Shown: positions 29,582-40,483, counted from the stretch's first letter. The stretch: DNA of 64,000 nt from Candidatus Zixiibacteriota bacterium (GCA_043819555.1 JBDREQ010000073.1:96001-160000); one strand, 5' to 3'. Notes: generated by a model from the sequence alone, not told the origin. Program-made: numbers and translations.

Positions 29582-30847
29582 TTATTTCCTTGCCTGATAG
29601 GCTATATCGCGGCGAAAATGCATGCCTTCAAATTGAATATTATCGACAGTGTCGTAAGCGGCCTTGGCGGCCGAATCTATTGTCTTGTTTACGGCGGTTA
29701 CGCCCAAAACCCGTCCCCCGGCGGTAAGCCAGTTTTTGCCTTCCTTTTTGGTTGCAGCATGAAAAAGATAAGCATGGTTTTCGCGATAGGTTCTGATGCC
29801 TTCAATTTTACGATTTATTTCGGTTTTTCCGGGGTAGCCTTCTGACGCCAGAACAACACATACTGCAGCTTCCTCTTTCCAAACCGGTTCGATAATGCTC
29901 AGGTTTTCATCTACAATAGCAATGAATATGTCGGCCAGATCTGAAAGGAGGAGTGGCAAAACAGCCTGCGTTTCAGGATCGCCAAAACGGCAATTAAACT
30001 CAATAACTTTGGGACCATAAGATGTAATTATTAAACCGGCGTATAAAATACCTTTATATCGACGGCCTTCTTTTTCGAGGCCATAAATAACAGGTTCGAG
30101 GATCTGTTCCCGAATAGTTTTCATCATTTGGCTATCGACTATTTTCGTTGGACAATAGGCTCCCATTCCTCCCGTGTTTGGACCCTGGTCACCTTCATTA
30201 ATTTGTTTGTGATCCTGAGAAGAAAGCATGGGCAATATAGTTTTCCCGTCGGTAAAAGCCATGACGGTAACTTCGGGTCCAATGAGACAATCTTCTATAA
30301 TAACTTTAGCCCCTGCCTCGCCGAATATTTTCTGCCCCATCATTTTCTCAACGATTTCTTTGGCTTCTGAGGCGTTATTGGCCAGGATAGCTCCTTTTCC
30401 GGCGGCCAGCCCCGAAGCCTTTACATAGACTGGGTACGCGGCTGTTTGAACAAAAGTCAGCGCATCTGTCTTATCATCAAAAATCCTGTAGCTGGCCGTA
30501 GGGATATGGTATTTACGCATAAAATCCTTCGCAAACGCCTTAGATCCCTCTATCTCGGCAGCCTTTTTTGATGGGCCAAATATCCGGAGTCCCTTACTTT
30601 CAAAATCATCGACGATGCCAAGAGTAAGCGGCAACTCCGGGCCAACTACCGTCAAGTCGATTTTTTTATCCTGAGCAAATTTGGCCAATCCTGATATATC
30701 GTCAGCTTTGATTTTGACACACTCTGCCATTAGGCCAATACCGTCATTTCCCGGAGCGGCATAAATTTTACTGACCAGAGGAGAGGATTTCAATTTCCAT
30801 ATGAGCGCATGCTCGCGTCCCCCGGATCCTATGACTAAAATTCTCAT
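29582..30847 (-). CDS. purD: Phosphoribosylamine-glycine ligase
   Basis: GSGGREHAL, GPNTGGMG, EFNCRFGDPE, GGRVL. Confidence 0.98.
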   Translation of the reverse strand: MRILVIGSGGREHALIWKLKSSPLVSKIYAAPGNDGIGLMAECVKIKADDISGLAKFAQDKKIDLTVVGPELPLTLGIVDDFESKGLRIFGPSKKAAEIEGSKAFAKDFMRKYHIPTASYRIFDDKTDALTFVQTAAYPVYVKASGLAAGKGAILANNASEAKEIVEKMMGQKIFGEAGAKVIIEDCLIGPEVTVMAFTDGKTILPMLSSQDHKQINEGDQGPNTGGMGAYCPTKIVDSQMMKTIREQILEPVIYGLEKEGRRYKGILYAGLIITSYGPKVIEFNCRFGDPETQAVLPLLLSDLADIFIAIVDENLSIIEPVWKEEAAVCVVLASEGYPGKTEINRKIEGIRTYRENHAYLFHAATKKEGKNWLTAGGRVLGVTAVNKTIDSAAKAAYDTVDNIQFEGMHFRRDIAYQARK

Positions 30848-30986
30848 ATTTTTCCCTCACCGTAAAAGTCTATTATATACAATAATCTACGGTTAAATCA
30901 AGGCTTTTTATCTAATGAAGAATCAGTATCTCGACACCATAATTCCCAGCCTGATAGCAATGAAAAAGTGCATCAATAATAGATGA

Positions 30987-31003
30987 CGCACAAAAAATGT
31001 GCG
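30987..31003. promoter_or_regulatory. Candidate enhancer (UAS) for a sigma54 activator
   Basis: Perfect palindrome CGCACA-AAAAA-TGTGCG (NtrC-like 6-5-6 geometry) about 86 nt upstream of a -24/-12 promoter. Confidence 0.6.
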
Positions 31004-31088
31004 GGCAACGCAGATATTATTTGGAACGCATATCGACCAATTGTTTTAAGTTATTGTATTGTAAGCATATGTATTGTTTAAAAGATTG

Positions 31089-31104
31089 TGGCACGCTCTT
31101 TGCG
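31089..31104 (+). promoter_or_regulatory. sigma54 (-24/-12) promoter
   Basis: TGGCAC-GCTCT-TTGC matches TGGCAC-N5-TTGC, 36 nt upstream of ATG 31140. Confidence 0.85.
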
Positions 31105-31139
31105 ATGATATTGGTGAAAATAGAAAATTGGAGGTAGAA

Positions 31140-32072
31140 ATGAAATCACTAATGCTTATAATTCTGGCTCTTTCGGCCTTTCTCATAATTGGTTGCGATA
31201 ATGATACTGAATATATTACAGAAGTAGTTTATATCGGCGAGGAAGGCCCTCCGCCTGTGCCTCAGGGAGTTTATTCAGTAACCGGAGATGGTGAGGTTTT
31301 GCTTTACTGGCTTCCAATCGATGATGTCGCCGGTGATTTCGATGCCTATGTCATATATCGTTCGGATACTGATCCGGACACAGGGTATGTCGAAATCGGC
31401 GAAACCACAAATGAGTATTTTGTTGATGATGATGTTACCAACGGTAATACCTATTTTTATGCCGTGTCATCTGTGGATGAAGATGGATACCTGTCGGATT
31501 TATCGTACGAGTATGTCTTTGATACGCCCCGGCCTGAAGGGATCAACCGGACAGTTTTTGATTTTAATACCATGCCTTTATATTCCGGATGGGATTTCTC
31601 AGCTGTGGTAAGTGTGCCGTATACGAGCCCCAATGCGGATATCTATCTTGAATTCTATGCCGATCATGGAGTCTTTTATATAAATGTCGCGGATGAGAAC
31701 ACTGATATTCAGGATATGGGTTATACGGGAGATTTGGATGAAATTGGTTATGCCCCTGATGATGGCTGGTCGTATTTGGGCTGGTCTGAGGTTATCCTGG
31801 GTCACACGTATATAATTTGGACAAGCGATAACCATTTCGCGAAATTGCGGGTCACAGCCATTAATAATGACAATGTATTATTTGATTGGGCGTATCAGGT
31901 TGATACCGGCAATCCGGAACTGAAACCATTGATAACCAAACCCGAAAGACCCCGGCCGGATAATTATTTACGAACGCCTGAGAGAAATAATAAATTTAGG
32001 GATATAAATAAAATTGCCCTCAAAGGTAATAAGACAAGCAGTCTTGATAATTCCGTAAAGGAGGGAATTTAA
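31140..32072 (+). CDS. Lipoprotein with fibronectin type III domain and acidic beta-rich C-terminal domain
   Basis: GGAGG RBS, lipobox LIIGC, Fn3 pattern (PPVPQGV...LYW...YVIYRS...YFYAVSSVD..G..S..S). Confidence 0.8.
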   Translation: MKSLMLIILALSAFLIIGCDNDTEYITEVVYIGEEGPPPVPQGVYSVTGDGEVLLYWLPIDDVAGDFDAYVIYRSDTDPDTGYVEIGETTNEYFVDDDVTNGNTYFYAVSSVDEDGYLSDLSYEYVFDTPRPEGINRTVFDFNTMPLYSGWDFSAVVSVPYTSPNADIYLEFYADHGVFYINVADENTDIQDMGYTGDLDEIGYAPDDGWSYLGWSEVILGHTYIIWTSDNHFAKLRVTAINNDNVLFDWAYQVDTGNPELKPLITKPERPRPDNYLRTPERNNKFRDINKIALKGNKTSSLDNSVKEGI

Positions 32073-32073
32073 G

Positions 32074-33540
32074 ATGAAAAAATTTACGATCATTTCGATT
32101 ATAGCGGCTTTCATGTTAATGCCGCTATCGGCCGTGTCGCAGACACTGGTCAAAGAGTATCATGATGGCCCCGAAAATCAACCGCTTGATATTGATGTCT
32201 GGGTCGATAATGAGGACGGCATTTACTACAAAGGGGAAGAGATAACAATTTTTTTCCAAACTAACCGCGATTGTTACACCGCGATTTACAGCATAGATAC
32301 AAGGGGCGATGTCAATCTTCTCTTCCCGGAAAATCCCCGGGATGATGGATTCATAGAAGGCGGCGAACTTTATTCAATTCCAGGCGGTTCTTCCGATTAT
32401 AGCCTGATTGTATCAGGGCCGGAAGGAATCGAACATATCCAGGCCGTGGCATCGGTAGAAATGATCGAAATGCCGCGCTGGTACGATGGAGCCAATATAA
32501 CGCTGGGGGCGTATGAAGATCCTGAAGATTTCATCGAGGAAATTAACGAACGGTATTTCAAATGCCGCTGGGATGATTGTTTTCGGGCGTACGATCATAC
32601 CTCGATTTACGTTAAGACATCACAATACTACTATAAACCGGTCTATGTTCCGACGCATTGGTACGATGATCCTTATTATTCGATGATATATATTGATTAT
32701 CCTTATGGCGGGGAAATATATGTTGATGGCATCTTTATTGGAATCGCTCCGCTATGGGTGCCAAGAATCGTCGTTGGATGGCATTGGTTCACCATCTATG
32801 ATCGTTTTGGCTATTGCTGGGAGCATCATTGGAATGTTGTTCATAATACAACCATTTACTTTGATCGGGACATAGTCAAAACAAGTCGCAGTAAGGTCAG
32901 TCGCTACAAAGATATTCGTACTCAATCACAGAAATACCGGAAATCCGATTATGTCCTTTCGGATAAGAGGCTTAAAACGTCACGAACCGAATCTACCCGG
33001 ATCAAAACCGACAAGTTTTCGCGACCTGGGACAGGGAGAAAAATTGATAAAGGCACCGGTGAGCGCACGACTGGATCTACCAAATCGAAAGCTCGTATCG
33101 ATTCTCGGAAAGGGACCCAGAGTACCAAAAAGACCGATAATCGCTGGGATAGCTGGAATACCAGAAAATCTGAATCGAAGAAGGTTGACAAATCTAAGAG
33201 AAGTAATACTGTCCGTTCGACCAAGCGGGAAATGAGCAAAGTCCCGAGCAAATCCAGAAGTCCAGAGCAATCCAAAGCGGTAAAGCAAAGTGGCGACCCA
33301 AAAAAATCAACAGGTCCTGCTCTCAGGAAAAGCGATTCACCGAAACCGACCAAATCACAGCCAACACAGCGCTCCGCCCCGACCAAGAAAAAAGGCGGGG
33401 GCTCTGCAAGCGTAAAGTCTTCTTCTAAAACCTCCGGCAGTTATGAAAGCTCCGGAGGTTCCAATAAAAGGCAGGCCAATTTAAGCAAATCATCGAAATC
33501 AAATTCGTTATCCAAGACAGGAGGTTCCAAAAAACGCTAA
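32074..33540 (+). CDS. Secreted DUF4384-domain protein with PEGA-like domain and long K/R/S/T-rich tail
   Basis: YYKGEEITIFFQTNRDCY...IDTRGDVNLLFP...GPEGIE (DUF4384); YPYGGEIYVDGIFIGIAP (PEGA); about 200 aa of low-complexity basic sequence. Confidence 0.75.
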   Translation: MKKFTIISIIAAFMLMPLSAVSQTLVKEYHDGPENQPLDIDVWVDNEDGIYYKGEEITIFFQTNRDCYTAIYSIDTRGDVNLLFPENPRDDGFIEGGELYSIPGGSSDYSLIVSGPEGIEHIQAVASVEMIEMPRWYDGANITLGAYEDPEDFIEEINERYFKCRWDDCFRAYDHTSIYVKTSQYYYKPVYVPTHWYDDPYYSMIYIDYPYGGEIYVDGIFIGIAPLWVPRIVVGWHWFTIYDRFGYCWEHHWNVVHNTTIYFDRDIVKTSRSKVSRYKDIRTQSQKYRKSDYVLSDKRLKTSRTESTRIKTDKFSRPGTGRKIDKGTGERTTGSTKSKARIDSRKGTQSTKKTDNRWDSWNTRKSESKKVDKSKRSNTVRSTKREMSKVPSKSRSPEQSKAVKQSGDPKKSTGPALRKSDSPKPTKSQPTQRSAPTKKKGGGSASVKSSSKTSGSYESSGGSNKRQANLSKSSKSNSLSKTGGSKKR

Positions 33541-33596
33541 TGCAACGATTGTTTTATATGGTATTTAATGATAAATAGCATATATTGAAAGATATT

Positions 33597-33896
33597 ATGA
33601 AAAAAGTTATCAAAATATTTATAGCTTTCTGGCTGGTACTTTTTTTGGCAGGCGTTGCCGCGGCCGTAGATAAGTCCAGGAAAAAGGAAAATCCCAAACC
33701 GGATTCCGTGAAAGTTGTGAAGCAGAAACCTGCCACAGATCAGAATCAATCTACCAGCCAACAGAAGAAATATGATAATTTTATAGATAACAATAACAAT
33801 GGTATTGACGATCGGGCGGAAAAAAACAAAGCAACATCGACCCCAAAAGAAAAATCGAAAAAAACCGTAAAAAAAGATAAACCTCCACCCCCATAA
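33597..33896 (+). CDS. Small secreted basic protein with a DxNxNG calcium-loop-like motif
   Basis: Signal peptide MKKVIK...AAA, motif YDNFIDNNNNGIDDR, Lys/Pro-rich flanks. Confidence 0.65.
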   Translation: MKKVIKIFIAFWLVLFLAGVAAAVDKSRKKENPKPDSVKVVKQKPATDQNQSTSQQKKYDNFIDNNNNGIDDRAEKNKATSTPKEKSKKTVKKDKPPPP

Positions 33897-33974
33897 TACA
33901 TTTCATCTCGCAGGGAACTTCTTAATCTTTACTCAGTTAAATAATGGTTGACAAATAGAAGATTTATGTATTTT

Positions 33975-34001
33975 TTGTCACTCGTTAAAGGAGAGTGCCA
34001 A
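33975..34001 (+). promoter_or_regulatory. CIRCE element (HrcA operator)
   Basis: TTGTCACTC-N9-GAGTGCCAA, downstream of TTGACA (33948-33953) and just upstream of hrcA. Confidence 0.9.
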
Positions 34002-34036
34002 TTTGACGCTATCCCATTGAATGATTGGATATTATC

Positions 34037-35071
34037 GTGGCTTTTGAGAATCTTTCCGTTCGTGAAAAAGAGGTGCTGGCATGCCTGGTTTCTCACTATG
34101 TGGAAACGGCTGATCCGGTAGGCTCGCGGGTCATTGCCAATAAATTCAAACTGGGCATTTCGCCGGCGACAATCCGAAATACAATGCAGGACCTTGAGGA
34201 AATGGGTATGGTAACCCAGCCTCATACTTCGGCGGGACGGATTCCAACAGATTCCGGTTATCGGCTGTATGTTGATATGCTACTTGGCCGAGAAATGCTG
34301 ACAGAATCTGAGAAGAAGGCAATTAATGATCGCCTTAGCCCCGGATATGGAGGAATAGATTCAGTTCTTGAGCAAACATCAAGAGTGCTGGCAAATCTGT
34401 CCAATCAGATAGGCTTGACAGTTTCACCCAAGCTTGATAATTCAATCCTTACCAGAATTGAACTAATACCTATGGCTGAGGGTAGGGTTTTAGTGGTGCT
34501 GGTGTTTCGCTCAGGGCTGGCCAGGACGATTCTTCTTGAAATTGAAGCGTCCATTGGAAATGATGAATTATCGAAAATGTCGCAGGTTTTAAATGAGAAA
34601 TTATCAGGATTGACACTTGGGGAAATAAGAAATACGATCCAGAAAAGATTGTCAGGCTCGCGGGGGAATCCTCGTTTGTTAAGGATTTTTCTGGATGAAA
34701 ACTCAGAGATTTGGAATAGTGTTTCGACAAATCAATTACATATTGGAGGAACCGAAAATCTTTTGGGAAAACCGGAATTCGCTAACCGCAAGAAATTACA
34801 GGATTTGATTCGTTTGCTGGAAACACCGGCAGAACTAATTCATGAATTGAATGCCGAATCTGATTTGAATAGCGGTCTTATTATAACGATTGGCGCGGAA
34901 AACAAAGCCAAAGAGATTCAATCCTGTTCGGTCGTTTCGGCTTCGTATAAGGTGGGCTCAACTTCAGGTACTATCGGCGTGATAGGGCCGACAAGAATGC
35001 CCTATGGTAAGTTGGCATCTCTGGTCAAATATGCGGCTCGTCAACTGAGTAAAGCGCTTAAAAACAATTAG
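34037..35071 (+). CDS. hrcA: Heat-inducible transcription repressor HrcA
   Basis: PVGSR, SPATIRNTM, QPHTSAGRIPTDSGYR, GVIGPTRMPY. Start could be GTG 34037 or TTG 34025. Confidence 0.97.
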   Translation: MAFENLSVREKEVLACLVSHYVETADPVGSRVIANKFKLGISPATIRNTMQDLEEMGMVTQPHTSAGRIPTDSGYRLYVDMLLGREMLTESEKKAINDRLSPGYGGIDSVLEQTSRVLANLSNQIGLTVSPKLDNSILTRIELIPMAEGRVLVVLVFRSGLARTILLEIEASIGNDELSKMSQVLNEKLSGLTLGEIRNTIQKRLSGSRGNPRLLRIFLDENSEIWNSVSTNQLHIGGTENLLGKPEFANRKKLQDLIRLLETPAELIHELNAESDLNSGLIITIGAENKAKEIQSCSVVSASYKVGSTSGTIGVIGPTRMPYGKLASLVKYAARQLSKALKNN

Positions 35072-35101
35072 AAGTTATTAAAACAAAATTATGGATGGAA
35101 T

Positions 35102-35734
35102 ATGGGAAAGAATAAAGATAAAAGTGAGAATGAAGTTATAGACGAAAAGACGGAGATTGAGGATTCTGAAGTTTCTGAAAATGAAACTGAAATAAAAGAA
35201 GAATCTGAAGGCCCTTCGGATGCTATTATCGATGATGAAAAAACAAAATCTGCACCGGAAGAAATTCAGCCGCCAGAATCTGAATCCGAGAGGTATATCA
35301 GGCTTGCCGCGGAATTCGACAATTATAAAAAACGCACAGCTCGCGAATTTGGAGATTTAATAAAAACAGCCAATACACGTTTGCTGCGGTCACTGGTACA
35401 AATTGCGGATAATTTTGAACGAGCTCTGGATAAAAATAATATTAATGATAATGTCGAAGCATATAAACAAGGCATCGAACTGATTTATAATCAATTCGCC
35501 GAACTTCTGATTAAGGAAAATGTCAAACCGATTGAAGCGATTGGTAAGGCTTTTGATCCCAATTTGCATGAAGCTATGATACAGCAGAATTCCGATGATT
35601 ACGAGGAAGGTGTAGTCATGGAGGAGATTCAAAAAGGATATCAAATCAATGATAGGGTTTTGCGCCATGCCGGCGTCATCGTTAGCTCCGGTCCAAAACC
35701 GAAAAAGGATAAAGAAGAAAATTCTGACAAATAA
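35102..35734 (+). CDS. grpE: Nucleotide exchange factor GrpE
   Basis: RLAAEFDNYKKR, DNFERAL, FDPNLHEA, QKGY...RVLRHA. Confidence 0.97.
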   Translation: MGKNKDKSENEVIDEKTEIEDSEVSENETEIKEESEGPSDAIIDDEKTKSAPEEIQPPESESERYIRLAAEFDNYKKRTAREFGDLIKTANTRLLRSLVQIADNFERALDKNNINDNVEAYKQGIELIYNQFAELLIKENVKPIEAIGKAFDPNLHEAMIQQNSDDYEEGVVMEEIQKGYQINDRVLRHAGVIVSSGPKPKKDKEENSDK

Positions 35735-35754
35735 ATATGCGGAGGGTCTGATAG

Positions 35755-37689
35755 ATGGGCAAAGTTATAGGAATTGATTTAGGAACGACCAATTCATGTG
35801 TCGCGGTTCTCGAAGGCGGCTCGCCGGTTGTTATACCCAATACCGAAGGTGGACGCACGACACCATCAATTGTTGCCTTTACCAGGGACGGTGAAAAACT
35901 GGTAGGCGCATCTGCAAAAAGACAGGCCATTACCAACTCTGAAAATACGGTTTTTTCTATAAAAAGATTTATGGGTCGTCAACATAATGAGGTTAGCGCC
36001 GAAGAAAAAATCGTACCTTATAAAGTGGTTGCCGATGAAGGGGGAGATGTCAGAATAGAAGTCGGTGGTAAAAATTACGCGCCGCCCGAAATATCGGCAA
36101 TGATTCTGCAAAACCTGAAAAAGACCGCAGAAGAATACCTCGGGGGCGAAGTGACCCAGGCAGTAATTACCGTGCCGGCTTATTTTAATGATAGCCAGCG
36201 TCAGGCCACCAAAGATGCCGGACGAATTGCCGGGCTGGAAGTTTTGCGCATTATCAATGAACCGACAGCGGCATCATTGGCTTACGGTTTGGATAAGAAA
36301 GAAAACAAAAAAATCGCCGTCTATGATTTGGGCGGTGGAACATTTGATGTCTCGATTCTGGAGTTGGGTGAAGGTGTTTTTGAAGTTCGTTCCACGAACG
36401 GCGACGGGCATCTCGGCGGAGATGATTTCGATCAGAAGATTATTGACTGGATGGCGGATGAATTTAAAAAGTCAAATGGAATTGATCTGCGGAAGGATCG
36501 CATGGCTTTGCAGCGCCTGAAAGAAGCGGGAGAAAAAGCAAAAGTTGAGCTCTCATCCACAATGCAGACTAATATTAATCTGCCGTTTATAACTGCCGAT
36601 CAAGCTGGACCCAGGCATCTTGATTTGACTTTGACGCGCGCCAAATTCGAGGCTTTGTGTGATGATTTGATTGAACGAACTATTGAACCTTGCCGTAAGG
36701 CTCTCGATGATGGCAAAGTGGTTCCGTCTGATATTGATGAAGTTATACTTGTCGGCGGGATGACACGGATGCCTAAGGTTCAGGAAACGGTAAAAATGCT
36801 GTTTGGCCGGGACCCTAATCGTTCGGTAAACCCGGATGAAGTCGTTGCGATCGGCGCGGCGATTCAGGGTGGTGTACTGGCCGGCGATTTAAAAGATGTA
36901 GTGTTGCTTGATGTGACACCGTTGTCGCTGGGAATTGAAACTCTGGGCGCGGTAATGACAAGATTGATTGACCGCAATACAACTATCCCGACTCGAAAAT
37001 CTCAGATATTTTCGACCGCGTCTGATAATCAGCCGGCGGTTTCAATTCATGTCATGCAGGGTGAGCGAGAAATGGCAATTGATAATCGTACCTTGGGCCG
37101 CTTTGATTTGGTTGGAATTCCTCCGGCGCCGCGAGGAATACCTCAAATTGAAGTGACTTTTGATATTGATGCCAATGGTATAGTTCACGTTTCGGCCAAA
37201 GATCTCGGGACCGGAAAAGAGCAAAAAATAAAAATTGAGTCATCTTCCGGGCTATCGGAAGAGGAAATCGAGAAGATGGTCAAGGACGCGGATGCCAATG
37301 TTGAGGCCGATAAGGCCAAAAAGGAATTGATTCAGGCTCGTAACGAAGCCGATCAGTTGGTTTATACGACCGAAAAAACTCTCAAAGAATATGGTGATAA
37401 AGTTAGTGAGGAAGAAAAGAAAGCTATCGAAGAAGGCATTGAGAAATTGAAATCCACGATGACTTCGGAAGATACTCAAACGATTAAATCCGCGTGCGAG
37501 GAATTAATGCAGGCATCTCATAAACTGGCTGCGGAAATGTATAAGCAGGCTGGCGATCAGGCAGGCGAACAAGCCGATGGTCAGCCCGGTCCTGATGCCG
37601 GCGAGACTGACACTTCTCAAGCCGCTGGAGCTCAGGACGGGGCCGTTGATGCTGATTTTGAAGTCGTAGATGATGACGAGAAGAAATGA
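35755..37689 (+). CDS. dnaK: Chaperone DnaK
   Basis: [32 protein letters not shown]. Confidence 0.99.
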   Translation: MGKVIGIDLGTTNSCVAVLEGGSPVVIPNTEGGRTTPSIVAFTRDGEKLVGASAKRQAITNSENTVFSIKRFMGRQHNEVSAEEKIVPYKVVADEGGDVRIEVGGKNYAPPEISAMILQNLKKTAEEYLGGEVTQAVITVPAYFNDSQRQATKDAGRIAGLEVLRIINEPTAASLAYGLDKKENKKIAVYDLGGGTFDVSILELGEGVFEVRSTNGDGHLGGDDFDQKIIDWMADEFKKSNGIDLRKDRMALQRLKEAGEKAKVELSSTMQTNINLPFITADQAGPRHLDLTLTRAKFEALCDDLIERTIEPCRKALDDGKVVPSDIDEVILVGGMTRMPKVQETVKMLFGRDPNRSVNPDEVVAIGAAIQGGVLAGDLKDVVLLDVTPLSLGIETLGAVMTRLIDRNTTIPTRKSQIFSTASDNQPAVSIHVMQGEREMAIDNRTLGRFDLVGIPPAPRGIPQIEVTFDIDANGIVHVSAKDLGTGKEQKIKIESSSGLSEEEIEKMVKDADANVEADKAKKELIQARNEADQLVYTTEKTLKEYGDKVSEEEKKAIEEGIEKLKSTMTSEDTQTIKSACEELMQASHKLAAEMYKQAGDQAGEQADGQPGPDAGETDTSQAAGAQDGAVDADFEVVDDDEKK

Positions 37690-37706
37690 TATAGCCTAAG
37701 GTACTG

Positions 37707-38864
37707 ATGGAGAAAAGAGATTATTACGAAATATTGGGTGTTGATCGATCAGCTTCCGAAGATGATATAAAAAGGGCGTATCGCAAATTGGCGATGCAAT
37801 ATCACCCGGATCGAAATCCGGGTAATGCTCAGGCCGAAGCCAATTTCAAAGAAGCCACTGAAGCCTACGAAGTTTTAAAAGATCCTCAGAAACGGCAGAC
37901 CTATAACCAATTTGGACATGCCGGTCTGGGGCAGGGTTCCGGATTCGGAGGAGGCGGATTTGGTTTCGAAGGTTTTGATTTATCCGATGCCTTGAGGGCA
38001 TTCATGCGTGATTTCGGCGGTTTTGGAGGATATGAAGATATTTTTGGGGGCGGCGGTCGAAGGCAAAGAGTTAACAATCGCGGCCGCGATCAGCAGGTTC
38101 GATTAAGTTTGACTCTTGAAGAAATTGCCGTCGGCATCAGAAAAAAAATCAAAGTCAAACAAAGAGTGTCGTGCCCTGAATGCTCAGGGTATGGAAGCGC
38201 GCCCGGCAGCGGCAAGAAAACTTGCCCGCAATGTAAAGGCAGTGGCCAGATTCGGCGCATTACCAGATCGCTATTTGGCCAGATGGTCAATATCGCCACC
38301 TGTGATGTTTGCCGCGGGGTTGGCCAGGTGATTTCAACGCCCTGTCCGATATGTCGCGGTGAGGGTCGAGTTCAGGATAGTATTACTGTGAATGTCGATA
38401 TTCCGGCCGGGGTGGCAGGCGGGAATTATATTCCAATTGAAGGCAAAGGCGAAGCCGGTTTGCAAGGGGGACCCCCGGGAGATTTAATTGTAGTTATTGA
38501 AGAAAAGGATCATGATATTTTTACGCGGCAGGATAATCATGTCATTTGCCAGCAATCAATATCATTCTTATCGGCGGTACTAGGAGATACAATTGAAATC
38601 CCGACTCTTGATGGAATGACCCGGCTCAATATCCCGGCAGGCACTCAAACGGGCAAGGTTTTCAGGATTAAGGGGAAGGGTATCCCATTTCTAAGGCGTA
38701 CAGGTCGAGGCGATCAGTTGGTGCAGGTTCAGATTTGGACGCCTAAAAAACTCAAGCCGGATGAAAAAATAATTCTGGAAAAGCTAATGCGTTCCCAATC
38801 ATTCGAACCGCCCAAATCAACCAAGTCATTTTTCTCCAAACTGAGAGATTCGCTCGGCGTATAG
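37707..38864 (+). CDS. dnaJ: Chaperone DnaJ
   Basis: J domain with HPD, G/F region, four CxxCxGxG repeats. Confidence 0.99.
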   Translation: MEKRDYYEILGVDRSASEDDIKRAYRKLAMQYHPDRNPGNAQAEANFKEATEAYEVLKDPQKRQTYNQFGHAGLGQGSGFGGGGFGFEGFDLSDALRAFMRDFGGFGGYEDIFGGGGRRQRVNNRGRDQQVRLSLTLEEIAVGIRKKIKVKQRVSCPECSGYGSAPGSGKKTCPQCKGSGQIRRITRSLFGQMVNIATCDVCRGVGQVISTPCPICRGEGRVQDSITVNVDIPAGVAGGNYIPIEGKGEAGLQGGPPGDLIVVIEEKDHDIFTRQDNHVICQQSISFLSAVLGDTIEIPTLDGMTRLNIPAGTQTGKVFRIKGKGIPFLRRTGRGDQLVQVQIWTPKKLKPDEKIILEKLMRSQSFEPPKSTKSFFSKLRDSLGV

Positions 38865-38873
38865 GGGCAATCA

Positions 38874-39743
38874 ATGACAGAGGACGACTTATATATTGAG
38901 ATTTCCGTCCCTGTTCGACAATCTGATGTTGATGCCGTTTCGAATTATATTATAGAAAATATTGCCACCGGAATTCTTCTTGAAGATGAAGAAGGCAATT
39001 CGCATGCCATTCTTAGATTCTACCCTTTAAAAAATGTCGATATTAATTCCAAATTGAAAAGGTTTCGAAAATATCTCCGCGCGATAAATCCCGAATATAA
39101 AAAAACAGAAATGACCACAAAATTGATTAAAAGCCTTGATTGGATTGAGTCATATCGAAATTCAGTTACGCCTGTTTTCGCAGGAGACTCAGTAGTTATT
39201 ATTCCGCCCTGGAATACTGAAGATTACCCGGATAAAACAAGAATAATTATTGAGCCTAAAATGGCATTTGGTACCGGGCGGCATGAAACAACCCGGAGTT
39301 GCCTCGCGGTGATGGAAAGCGTTGATTTTAAAAATAATACAGTCCTTGACCTGGGATGCGGTTCAGGAGTTTTGGGCATTTATGCCGCGATAAAAGGGGC
39401 TTCAAGAATTCAGGGATATGATATCGATACCCTGGCAGTGGATAATAGCATCGAGAATTACGAGATAAATCATGTAAGTGATAAATGCACCGCCAAATTA
39501 GGAACAATAGATAATATCACGGATGAAAAATATGATGTGGGAATCGTTAACATAATTAAAGCCGTTATCCTTCCAATTATCCCCCGTCTCAAAGAGATTA
39601 TTCATCCGGGAGGTATTATGATACTCTCTGGATTAATGATAATCGACAGGAATGAAATCGAGAAAACCCTGAGCAATCACGGCCTGAATGAATATGATGT
39701 CCATCTTGACGCTGAATGGATTACCTATAAGGTTAAAATATGA
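38874..39743 (+). CDS. prmA: Ribosomal protein L11 methyltransferase
   Basis: EPKMAFGTGRHETT, VLDLGCGSG, ILSG; typical position after dnaJ. Confidence 0.93.
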   Translation: MTEDDLYIEISVPVRQSDVDAVSNYIIENIATGILLEDEEGNSHAILRFYPLKNVDINSKLKRFRKYLRAINPEYKKTEMTTKLIKSLDWIESYRNSVTPVFAGDSVVIIPPWNTEDYPDKTRIIIEPKMAFGTGRHETTRSCLAVMESVDFKNNTVLDLGCGSGVLGIYAAIKGASRIQGYDIDTLAVDNSIENYEINHVSDKCTAKLGTIDNITDEKYDVGIVNIIKAVILPIIPRLKEIIHPGGIMILSGLMIIDRNEIEKTLSNHGLNEYDVHLDAEWITYKVKI

Positions 39744-40483
39744 CGCATACTTTTATATACAAAGCAAGTGATAAAAATGATAATAGGATTATTCTAACCG
39801 GCAATGAAGCTCATCATGTTATTACTGTACTGAGGTTGCCCATTGGCGAAATTGTCCGGTTGATCGATGGCCAGGGGGAGGCGGAAATCTGTGAAATTGC
39901 AGGAATTTCAACAGGGTCCGTTGAATGCCGGATAATAAAACAAACTATAAATAGTGGTGAAGCGTCTTTATCGCTGACATTGGCAGTGGGTTTGTCACAA
40001 ACATCCAAATTTGACTCTGTTATTGAAAAAGGTACTGAGGTTGGTGTGAGGAATTTTGTCCCATTGATTACCGAAAAAAGTAAGGTAAAGATTGATAAGC
40101 ACGGCACGCTGTCTCGAAAGCAGAAACGCTGGCAACGTGTTTGTGAGGCAGCCGCGAAACAATCCGGTCGATCTATAATCCCTCATATCTGTGAGCCAAT
40201 TCCGTTGATGGCGTATTTGGACAAGATTAATTCTCAGACAACGATACTGTTTCATCCGGAGTGTACTCCTTTGGCCAATGCGAATATTTTCCGGGATTAT
40301 CCGGGCAACGAGTTAACAATCATTACGGGTCCCGAATCAGGGTTTTCGCCAGGCGAAATAGACCATGCTGTCAAGAAAGGCTTCGCGGTTTACAGCCTGG
40401 GGGAAAGGATTTTGAGGACTGAGACGGCCGGTATTGTAATTTCAGCTCTGGCAATTTATTTATTTGAATCGGCAAAAGCTTAG
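39740..40483 (+). CDS. rsmE: 16S rRNA m3U1498 methyltransferase
   Basis: HVITVLR, EKGTEVG, EAAAKQSGR, GPESGF, LGERILRTETA. Confidence 0.95.
   Translation: MTHTFIYKASDKNDNRIILTGNEAHHVITVLRLPIGEIVRLIDGQGEAEICEIAGISTGSVECRIIKQTINSGEASLSLTLAVGLSQTSKFDSVIEKGTEVGVRNFVPLITEKSKVKIDKHGTLSRKQKRWQRVCEAAAKQSGRSIIPHICEPIPLMAYLDKINSQTTILFHPECTPLANANIFRDYPGNELTIITGPESGFSPGEIDHAVKKGFAVYSLGERILRTETAGIVISALAIYLFESAKA

Noticed and set aside
32949..33386. Several overlapping alternative-frame ORFs
   Set aside because: Explained by the low-complexity tail of the DUF4384 gene, which leaves few stops in other frames; I found no independent support for them.
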